From Acidimicrobiales bacterium (GTDB lineage Bacteria > Actinomycetota > Acidimicrobiia > Acidimicrobiales > Acidimicrobilacustridaceae), in contig JBBFLY010000005.1 of assembly GCA_037478855.1 (NCBI GenBank), positions 206 through 64,205 of the forward strand: 64,000 nucleotides of DNA, in the 5' to 3' direction. Numbering within the stretch: the stretch's first letter is position 1; each line of letters begins with the position of its first letter. This document shows positions 53,737 through 61,243 of this stretch, piece after piece. Below the pieces are notes generated by a model that worked only from the letters and a program-made list of their open reading frames with translations, was not told the DNA's origin and searched no databases. The position numbers were made by a program, and so were the translations under genes.

Positions 53737-55799
53737 TGGGATACCGCATCGGCGTCGATGTCGGTGGCACGTTCACCGACTTGGTCTGCATCTCCCCCGA
53801 GGGGCAGGTGGTGCTGGACAAGACGCCCACCACCGTCGAGGACCAGTCCATCGGCGTGATGAACGGGCTGGCCCAGCTCGCGACCAGGTTTGGGCTCACG
53901 ACCGGCGAGCTGTGCCGGCAGCTCGAGCTCCTCGTGCACGGCACCACCGTCGCTGACAACACGATGATCGAGATGAACGGTGCACCCGTGGGACTGCTGG
54001 TCACCGAGGGACACCGCGACGAGATCGAGATGCGACGGGTGCACAAGGAGCGGATCTGGGACCCGTCGTATCCGGCTCCCCCTCCGATCGCCCGCCGACG
54101 GGCCCGCATCCCGATCCCCCAGCGGCACGCCTTCGACGGCGAGGAGCTCCTCGCGCTCGACGAGCAGGCGGTGCGAGCAGGCGTGCGCCGCCTGAAGAAG
54201 CTCGGTTGCACCTCCATCGCGGTGATGTACCTGTTCTCGTTCGTCAACCCCGAGCATGAGCTGCGCACCCGGGAGATCATCCGCGAGGAGTACCCCGACG
54301 CCGAGCACATCTCGCTCTCGCACGAGGTGATGGCCCGCGGCCCCGAGTTCGAGCGGGTGTCGACCACGCTGGTCAACGCCTACGTCGCGCCGCGCATCGC
54401 CCGGTACATCACGAACCTCTCCGAGAAGCTGCGCACGGCCGGCTACGAAGGTCCGTTGCTGATCATACAGTCCACCGGCGGGGTGATGCCCCCCGAGTAC
54501 GTCTCCCGACGGGCGGTGAGCCTGCTCGGCTCGGGCCCGACCGGCGGGGTGATGGGGGCCGCCATCGCCGCCCGGGCCGCTGACGCCCCGGACTTCGTGG
54601 CCGTGGACATGGGGGGCACCAGCTTCGACCTCTGTCTGGTGCGGAACGGGCGCCCGCAGATCAAGACCGACTGGAACTGGCGATATCGCTACTACATCGG
54701 GATGCCGATGGTGGATGTGCAGTCCGTCGGCGCCGGAGGCGGATCGATCGCCCGGGTGCGCCAGGGGGCGCTGCTGGTTGGGCCGGAGTCGGCGGGCTCC
54801 ACCCCGGGACCGGTCTGCTACGGCCGCGGTGGTGACCGCCCGACCGTCACCGACGCCAACGTGGTGCTCGGCTACCTCCCCACCGAGGGCTTCGCTGGCG
54901 GACGCATGACCCTCGACGTCGAGGCCGCCCGGGCGGCCATCGCCCGCGACATCGCCGAGCCGCTCGGGCTGGACGTGACGGCCGCTGCGTGGGGGATCGA
55001 GCGCATCGTGAACGCCAACATGGCCAACGCCACCCGCAAGGTGCTCGCAGGGTACGGGGCCGACCCGCGCGAGCTGGCGATGATCGCCTACGGCGGCAAC
55101 GGCGCCGTCCATGCCTGGGCCATCGCCGCCGAACTCGACATCCGACGAGTGATCATCCCGAAGACCGCCCCGGTGTTCTCGGCGCTCGGGGTGCTGGTGG
55201 CCGACTACGTCGTCGACGTGATGCGCTCCTACGTCGTGCCGCTCTCACAGGTTGACCTGACACATCTCCGGACCCTCATGCACGAGGTCGACGATGAGGT
55301 CGCCAGGGAGCTCGAGCCGGCGGGCCTGGCAGCAGAGGCGGTCCACACCGACCTCTTCGTGCAGATGGCCTACGCAGGACAGAACTTCGACATGAGCGTG
55401 CCCGTGCCCGAAGGCACCGACCTCGACGAGCCCGGTCTGCTGGACCTGGCCGACCGCTTCCACGACCTCCACGAGGCTGACCGGGGCTTCGCCTTCCGCA
55501 ACCAGCAGCCGCTGGTGCGCGGGATCCGCCTGACGGCCAGGGGCTACACCCCCAAGCCCAACCGCCTCGGTGAGGCCGGCGCGGTCACCGACCCGGCCGA
55601 GGCGATGATTGCCTGTCGGCCTGCCTACTTCGGTGGAGGCTTCTTGGACACACCGGTCTACGACGGTTCGGTGCTCGGCGTGGGGGCCACCATCTGCGGG
55701 CCGGCCCTCATCGAGGACCCCTTCACCGTCGTGGTCGTGCCGCCGGGCTCCACCTGCCGGCTCGCGCCGCATCTCGGCTACGAGCTCACCACGACCTGA
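53736..55799 (+). CDS. Hydantoinase A/oxoprolinase (HyuA) family subunit
   Basis: MGYRIGVDVGGTFTDLV... (ATG overlaps the hyuB stop, TGATG), followed by ...AVDMGGTSFDLCLV. The track ORF starts 12 nt earlier at a GTG. Confidence 0.8.
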   Translation: MGYRIGVDVGGTFTDLVCISPEGQVVLDKTPTTVEDQSIGVMNGLAQLATRFGLTTGELCRQLELLVHGTTVADNTMIEMNGAPVGLLVTEGHRDEIEMRRVHKERIWDPSYPAPPPIARRRARIPIPQRHAFDGEELLALDEQAVRAGVRRLKKLGCTSIAVMYLFSFVNPEHELRTREIIREEYPDAEHISLSHEVMARGPEFERVSTTLVNAYVAPRIARYITNLSEKLRTAGYEGPLLIIQSTGGVMPPEYVSRRAVSLLGSGPTGGVMGAAIAARAADAPDFVAVDMGGTSFDLCLVRNGRPQIKTDWNWRYRYYIGMPMVDVQSVGAGGGSIARVRQGALLVGPESAGSTPGPVCYGRGGDRPTVTDANVVLGYLPTEGFAGGRMTLDVEAARAAIARDIAEPLGLDVTAAAWGIERIVNANMANATRKVLAGYGADPRELAMIAYGGNGAVHAWAIAAELDIRRVIIPKTAPVFSALGVLVADYVVDVMRSYVVPLSQVDLTHLRTLMHEVDDEVARELEPAGLAAEAVHTDLFVQMAYAGQNFDMSVPVPEGTDLDEPGLLDLADRFHDLHEADRGFAFRNQQPLVRGIRLTARGYTPKPNRLGEAGAVTDPAEAMIACRPAYFGGGFLDTPVYDGSVLGVGATICGPALIEDPFTVVVVPPGSTCRLAPHLGYELTTT

Positions 55800-55845
55800 G
55801 GCCCGCGTCGCGTGCCTCTCACGCCTGTCGCCTAGCGTCCCGGTC

Positions 55846-56052
55846 ATGGCCGACCTCGAACCTGCCGGAGTCGTCATCAAGGTCCGCAGAGACGGGCCCT
55901 ACAAGGTCACCGGCCCCTTCGTGCTCGTCGACCACGAGGGCAACGAGATCCCAGTCGACGGCGAGGACGTCGTGCTCTGCCGGTGTGGCGCGTCGGGGAG
56001 CAAGCCCTTCTGCGACCGGTCCCATCGGGCCGTCGGCTTCGTCGCAGACTGA
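55846..56052 (+). CDS. CDGSH-type iron-sulfur domain protein
   Basis: 68 aa, MADLEPAGVVIKVRRDGPYKVTGPFVLVDHEGNEI...LCRCGASGSKPFCDRSH. This fits C-x-C-x2-S-x3-P-x-C-D-x-S-H. Confidence 0.7.
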   Translation: MADLEPAGVVIKVRRDGPYKVTGPFVLVDHEGNEIPVDGEDVVLCRCGASGSKPFCDRSHRAVGFVAD

Positions 56053-56085
56053 CCGCCGGTGTGATGCCGGCCCTGCGTACGGGGC

Positions 56086-57222
56086 CTACGGGTGCGGGAG
56101 TCCAAGCAGGCGCTCGGCGATGATCGTGCGCTGGATCTCCGAGGTGCCGCCGGCGATCGACGCGGCCTTGCTCCAGAGCCACTGGCGTGCCCAGGCCCCT
56201 TCGAGGACCGACGCGTCGCGCAGCACGTCGAGCGCGGTCTGCGAGAGGTGCTGAGTCATCTCCGTCCACGCCAGCTTCACCCAGCTCGACTCCGGCCCGG
56301 GATCGATCCCCCGGCCGAGGCGCGACAACGTCCGCCAGTTGTGCAGTCGGAGCACTCGCAGCTCGACGAAGACCTGGGCCAGCGCCTCCGCGACCTCGGC
56401 CGAGTCGAGCAGCCCGGCCGAGGCAGCCTGCCGGTAGAGGGCCTCGAGGTGGACCTCGTGCACGACCTGCTCCTTGAACGGGAAGTTCGTGCCCCGTTCA
56501 TGTGCGAGGGTGGTGTTGGCCACTGACCATCCCGCGTGCAGCTCACCGACGAGATGACCGTCCGGGACGAACACCTCGTCGAGGAAGACCTCGTTGAACT
56601 CGGCGTCGCCGGTGATCTGACGCAGCGGGCGGATCTCGATCCCCGGTGCGGTCATGTCCACGACGAGGTACGAGATGCCTCGGTGCCGGGGGGCGTCGGG
56701 GTCGGTGCGGGCCAAGCAGATGCCCCACCGCGAGAACTGCGCGTACGAGGTCCAGACCTTCTGACCGGTGAGCAGCCAGCCGCTGTCGACCCGGCGGGCA
56801 CGGGTCGACAGCGATGCCAGGTCCGAGCCCGCGTCGGGCTCGGAGAACAACTGGCACCAGATCTCGCTCGCGTCGAGGATCCGGGGCAACCAACGGCGCT
56901 TCTGCTCCTCCGTGCCGTGTGCCAGCAGGGTCGGCCCGGCCAGGTTGATCCCCACCCGGTTCACCGGTTGCGGCGCGCCGGCCCGCGCGTACTCCATGTT
57001 GAAGATCGCCACCTGGACGGGACTGGCACCTCGGCCGCCGTACTCGACCGGCCACCAGATCCCCACCCAGCGGTCGGCGGCCAACCGGGCCTGCCACCTC
57101 CGACCCCACTCGAACTCCTCCTCAAGCGAGGAGAACGAGCCGGGCAGGTCAAGGTTCGCGGCCAACCAGGCCCGCACCTCGGCCGCGAACCCGGCCTCCT
57201 CAGCAGTGAAGGCGAGATCCAT
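56086..57222 (-). CDS. Acyl-CoA dehydrogenase (long type)
   Basis: 378 aa with MDLAFTAEEAGFAAEVRAWL, WPVEYGGRG, CQLFSEPDAGSDLASL, TLAHERGTN and IAGGTSEIQRTIIAERLLGLP. Confidence 0.85.
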   Translation of the reverse strand: MDLAFTAEEAGFAAEVRAWLAANLDLPGSFSSLEEEFEWGRRWQARLAADRWVGIWWPVEYGGRGASPVQVAIFNMEYARAGAPQPVNRVGINLAGPTLLAHGTEEQKRRWLPRILDASEIWCQLFSEPDAGSDLASLSTRARRVDSGWLLTGQKVWTSYAQFSRWGICLARTDPDAPRHRGISYLVVDMTAPGIEIRPLRQITGDAEFNEVFLDEVFVPDGHLVGELHAGWSVANTTLAHERGTNFPFKEQVVHEVHLEALYRQAASAGLLDSAEVAEALAQVFVELRVLRLHNWRTLSRLGRGIDPGPESSWVKLAWTEMTQHLSQTALDVLRDASVLEGAWARQWLWSKAASIAGGTSEIQRTIIAERLLGLPHP

Positions 57223-57233
57223 CGCAGCTCGAC

Positions 57234-59000
57234 TCAGAGGTCCCAGAACCGTTCCCGACCAGCGCGCACGAACCGCTCGTGCAGCTCCCGTTCGTCGCGC
57301 TGGGTGAAGGGACGGTAGCGGTCCTCGCCGCGACCCCGGATGAGCAGCAGGTCGTCACCGACCCGATCGTGCCGGAACTTCTCGTGCACCAGGCTGCGCT
57401 TGAGGATCTTGTTGGTGCCGGTGGTGGGAAGCTCTCTCGCCACCCGCAGGTAGCGCGGACGCCACTTGGGGCCGATGTCGTCGAGGGAGTCCAGCCATCC
57501 GGCGAAGGCCGCGCCGTCGAGCGTCGCGCCCTCCCGTAGCACCAACGCCGCCATGACCTGGTCGCCCGCCTGCTCGTCGGGCACCCCGTACACGCAGGCC
57601 ACGACGACATCGGGGTGACGGCTCAGCGCGGCCTCGATGGGAGCGGCGGGGAAGTTCTCGCCGTCGACCCGGATCCAGTCCGTGTTGCGACCAGCGAAGT
57701 ACACGTTGCGGTCCTCGTCCATGTAGCCGAGGTCACCGCTCCAGTACCAGCCCCGTCGGGTGGTGGTCGCGGTCGCCTCAGGGTTGTTGTAGTACCCCTC
57801 GAACGGCCCGGCTCCGGCGGTGCTCACGATCTCCCCGATGCACTCCTCGGCGTTCAGCAGACGACCCTGCTCGTCGAAGCGGGCGGGTGGCAGCTCGTTG
57901 CCCTCCTCGTCGACGATCCTGATGTGCGCTGGTGCGATGCCCATCGCCCCGGGCTTGACCGGCCCGTCACGGTTGAGGCTGATCCCACCCTCGGTGGCCC
58001 CGAAGGCGTCGATGACCTCGTCGACCCCGAAGCGTCGACGGAAGGCCTCGACGACCTCGGATGATCCTTCGTTGCCGAACGCGATGCGCAACGTGTTCTC
58101 CGCGTCGTCGGGCCGCTCGGGGGTGGCTACCAGGTAGGACAGGGGCTTGCCGGTGTAGTTGAAGTAGGTGGCCCGGTACCGGCGGACGTCCTCGAGCCAC
58201 CCCGACGCGGTGAACCTGCGGGCCAGCCCCACCGCGCAGCCGTACACGAGCGACGGCATCCAACCGACCATCACCGCGTTGGAGTGGAACAGCGGCATGC
58301 TCACGTAGCCCACGTCGTCCGGCCCGAGGCCGAGCAGCAGCCCGAGGCGGGTCCCGGTGACCAGCAGACGCCGCTGGCTGCAGATCACCGCCTTGGGGGC
58401 GGACGACGTCCCGGAGGTGAAGATGAGCGCCCAGGTCGTCGCCGGGTCGGGCTGCGCACCGTCGTCGATCGCCTCAAACCTCTCGAGTGCGTCGTCGAGG
58501 TCGACTCCGACCGTCGGGGCGCGCTCGGCCGGGGAAGCGAAGCGTGAGGACACCAGGATGCGGTCGGGCCCGAACGGCAGGTCGCCGAGGAGAGGTTCGA
58601 TCCGGGGCAGGTGCGCTGGCTCGGTCACGAGCATCGCCACGTCGGTGTGGAGCATGTCGCGCAGCAGGTGCTCCCCCTGGCGGGTGTGGTTCAGGCCGAC
58701 GACGGCCGCGCCGGCGAACGCCGCGCCGCCGAAGGCGAAGAGGTAGTCGGGCGTGTTGTCAAGCAGGACCGCCACGTGCGGTGGACGCCCCTGTGGCAGC
58801 CACGCCCGCAGCAGACCGGCCCAGCGGAGGGACTCGTCGACGAACTGGGCGTGGGTCCAGACCTGCTCTCCGAAGAGCACCGCGGGGCGGGTTGCGATCC
58901 CGGGATCATGCCGGTTGCGGCGCAGCAGGGCGGCGGCGTTCTCCGCAGGCGGCACGGCCTGACCCGGCTCGGGGATCGATCGGGACGGGGAAGCCGGCAC
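57234..59000 (-). CDS. Long-chain-type AMP-dependent acyl-CoA synthetase
   Basis: Track ORF 57234..59063 reads through operator box 14. In-frame GTG 59000 or TTG 59009 are more plausible starts. It has LIFTSGTSSAPKAVICS and WYWSGDLGYMDEDRNVYFAGRNTDWIRVDGENF. Confidence 0.8.
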   Translation of the reverse strand: MPASPSRSIPEPGQAVPPAENAAALLRRNRHDPGIATRPAVLFGEQVWTHAQFVDESLRWAGLLRAWLPQGRPPHVAVLLDNTPDYLFAFGGAAFAGAAVVGLNHTRQGEHLLRDMLHTDVAMLVTEPAHLPRIEPLLGDLPFGPDRILVSSRFASPAERAPTVGVDLDDALERFEAIDDGAQPDPATTWALIFTSGTSSAPKAVICSQRRLLVTGTRLGLLLGLGPDDVGYVSMPLFHSNAVMVGWMPSLVYGCAVGLARRFTASGWLEDVRRYRATYFNYTGKPLSYLVATPERPDDAENTLRIAFGNEGSSEVVEAFRRRFGVDEVIDAFGATEGGISLNRDGPVKPGAMGIAPAHIRIVDEEGNELPPARFDEQGRLLNAEECIGEIVSTAGAGPFEGYYNNPEATATTTRRGWYWSGDLGYMDEDRNVYFAGRNTDWIRVDGENFPAAPIEAALSRHPDVVVACVYGVPDEQAGDQVMAALVLREGATLDGAAFAGWLDSLDDIGPKWRPRYLRVARELPTTGTNKILKRSLVHEKFRHDRVGDDLLLIRGRGEDRYRPFTQRDERELHERFVRAGRERFWDL

Positions 59001-59011
59001 GGTCGACAATT

Positions 59012-59031
59012 CTATGACACTGATGTCAGAT
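59012..59031. promoter_or_regulatory. Palindromic operator box 14: cta TGACA ctga TGTCA gat
   Basis: Lies immediately upstream of the fadD-like/ACAD operon (-). It is the first of two boxes in the 85-bp region shared with the divergent TetR gene. Confidence 0.7.
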
Positions 59032-59045
59032 CTGGCCGGCCCGCA

Positions 59046-59065
59046 GCCTGACACCTCCGTCACGT
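59046..59065. promoter_or_regulatory. Palindromic operator box 15: gcc TGACA cctc CGTCA cgt
   Basis: Ends 20 bp upstream of the GTG start (59085) of TetR paralogue B. Confidence 0.65.
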
Positions 59066-59084
59066 TCCTTTAGCCTCGTGGGCC

Positions 59085-59768
59085 GTGCCAACCCGCAAGA
59101 AGGCCGCCGCCACCACCCGAGCCGCCAGCCCGACCCGCGAGGGTGATGCACCGCCCGTACCTGGTCGCGCCGGCGCGCCGGCCCAACGCCGGGAGCTGCG
59201 CGCCCGCGGCAAGCGAACCATGCGCAAGCTCCTCGACGCGGGCATCCAGGTCTTCGCCCGTCGGGGCTACCACGCGGCCCGAGTCGACGACATCGTGAAG
59301 GCCGCGAGGACCAGTCACGGCACCTTCTACCTCTACTTCGCCAACAAGGAGGACCTCTTCCAGGCACTGGTGGCCGATGTCGCGGAGGAGCTCGCCGCCC
59401 TGCGCGACTCGCTCGGCCCGGTCACGCCCGACGACGCCGGTCTGGCGAAGCTGCGGGCATGGCTCGACCGGTTCGCCGCGATGTATGAGCACTACGGTCC
59501 GATCATCCGGACCTGGACCGAAGCCGAGGTCGGCACGAGCGATGTCGGGCGGCTCGGAACCGACGTGATCGGTGAGCTGGCCGGCGCACTGACGGAGGCG
59601 ACCACCGGCGGGGCAGCTGAGCTCGACCCCACCATCGCGTCGATGGCCCTGATCGCGATGGTCGAGCGGCTCAACTACTTCGTGCTCTCCGGGCAGATCG
59701 ACGCGAACCGCGACCAGATGGTGGACACGCTCGCCGGCGTCGTGCACCGGGTGCTGTTCACCCCCTGA
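59085..59768 (+). CDS. TetR-family transcriptional regulator (paralogue B), candidate regulator of the palindromic boxes
   Basis: 227 aa with an Arg/Ala-rich N-terminal tail, then GYHAARVDDIVKAARTSHGTFYLYFANKEDLF. Two boxes lie in its own upstream region. Confidence 0.85.
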   Translation: MPTRKKAAATTRAASPTREGDAPPVPGRAGAPAQRRELRARGKRTMRKLLDAGIQVFARRGYHAARVDDIVKAARTSHGTFYLYFANKEDLFQALVADVAEELAALRDSLGPVTPDDAGLAKLRAWLDRFAAMYEHYGPIIRTWTEAEVGTSDVGRLGTDVIGELAGALTEATTGGAAELDPTIASMALIAMVERLNYFVLSGQIDANRDQMVDTLAGVVHRVLFTP

Positions 59769-59811
59769 CCACACGCAGGGAGACGTCACCACCCACCGGG
59801 GGACGACCGGT

Positions 59812-59831
59812 TGCTGACACAAACGTCAGAT
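59812..59831. promoter_or_regulatory. Palindromic operator box 16: tgc TGACA caaa CGTCA gat
   Basis: Ends 61 bp upstream of the ABC substrate-binding protein ATG (59892). Confidence 0.7.
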
Positions 59832-59891
59832 TTGGCGACTACTGTGTGGGTCCCAGGGGGCAGAGCACGGCCCGACTGGGGGAGGTCGCCG

Positions 59892-61211
59892 ATGTCCAAG
59901 CGGATCGCCACGCTGGTCGCACTCCTCGCGCTCCTCGCAGCCGCGTGCGGGAACGCGGGGACCGACTCGAACGCCACGGGAGGCGGCGGGAACGCCCCGA
60001 CCGGCACCGCCACGGCGACGGACCTGACCAGGAAGGTACCGGTCGACCAACCCGGGGTGACCGACACCGAGATCCGCGTCGGCGGCGTGGTCTCGAAGAC
60101 CAACCCGCTCGGTGGGAACTACGACGACGCCTTCGACGGGGTCCGGGCGTACTTCGAGATGATCAACGCACAGGGCGGCATCTACGGACGCCGGCTCGTG
60201 CTCGCCGCCGAGCGGGACGACCAGGTGGTGAACAACCAGCAGGAGGTGCAGGCGCTCATCTCGCAGGACAAGGTCTTCGCGATCTTGCCGGTGGCCACCC
60301 TGCTGTTCACCGGAGCCGACCTCGCGGCGACCTCCGGCACGCCGACCTTCGGGTGGACGATCAACCCAGAGTGGGCCGGTCCGCCCAACCTGTTCGGCGA
60401 CCGTGGCGGCGAGCTGTGCTTCGACTGCCCGACGCCGGTCGTCCCTTGGCTGGCCAAGGACGCCGGCGCGAAGAAGGTCGCGGTGCTCGCCTACAACGTC
60501 CCCCAGTCCAAGAGGTGTGCCGAGGGCATCATCGCCTCGTTCCGGAGGTGGCCGACCGCCGAGGTGGCCTTCCAGGACCTCGCCCTGAGCTACGGGGTCA
60601 CCGACTTCAGCGTACAGGTCGGCAAGATGAAGCAGGCCGGCGTCGAGCTCGTCACCACCTGCATGGACCTCAACGGGGTGACGAACCTCGCCCGGGAGCT
60701 CGACAAGCAACAGCTCTCCGCCGTGCAGTACATGCCCAACGCGTACGACCACGACTTCGCGAAGCGGTTCGCCGACCTCGTCGAGGGCTCGCTCGTGCTG
60801 ACCTGGTTCGCGCCGTTCGAGGTACCGGACCCACCTGAGGGGACGAAGCGGTACTTCGAGTGGATCGACCGGACCGGGGGGACGCGCAGCGAGCTGTCGA
60901 TGTCCGGCTGGCTCGCCGCCGACCTCTTCTACCGGGGCCTGGTGGCAGCCGGACCGGAGTTCACCCAGCAGAAGGTGATCGACGCCATCAACACCTTCGA
61001 CAACTGGACCGCGGATGGCTCGATCCCCGGTGTGGACTGGACGATCGCGCACAAGCAGCGCCCGCCGCTCTCCTGCGGCGCCATCTCGAGGATCGACAAC
61101 GGTGGGTTCGTACCCCTCTACGGCGAAGCGGGCAGGCCCTTCATCTGCTTCGACGTCGAGGCCGATCAGCTCCCGGACCGGCCCGAGCCCACCGCGGGGG
61201 CGACGCGCTAG
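59892..61211 (+). CDS. ABC-transporter substrate-binding lipoprotein, LivJ/Peripla_BP_6 type
   Basis: Within track ORF 59811..61211. ATG 59892 is preceded by GGGGGAGG. Sequence: MSKRIATLVALLALLAAACG (lipobox), then GVTDTEIRVGGVVSKTNPLGGNY... Confidence 0.8.
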   Translation: MSKRIATLVALLALLAAACGNAGTDSNATGGGGNAPTGTATATDLTRKVPVDQPGVTDTEIRVGGVVSKTNPLGGNYDDAFDGVRAYFEMINAQGGIYGRRLVLAAERDDQVVNNQQEVQALISQDKVFAILPVATLLFTGADLAATSGTPTFGWTINPEWAGPPNLFGDRGGELCFDCPTPVVPWLAKDAGAKKVAVLAYNVPQSKRCAEGIIASFRRWPTAEVAFQDLALSYGVTDFSVQVGKMKQAGVELVTTCMDLNGVTNLARELDKQQLSAVQYMPNAYDHDFAKRFADLVEGSLVLTWFAPFEVPDPPEGTKRYFEWIDRTGGTRSELSMSGWLAADLFYRGLVAAGPEFTQQKVIDAINTFDNWTADGSIPGVDWTIAHKQRPPLSCGAISRIDNGGFVPLYGEAGRPFICFDVEADQLPDRPEPTAGATR

Positions 61212-61243
61212 CGGAGCCCCGACCGGCGCGCCCCAAAGGACCA

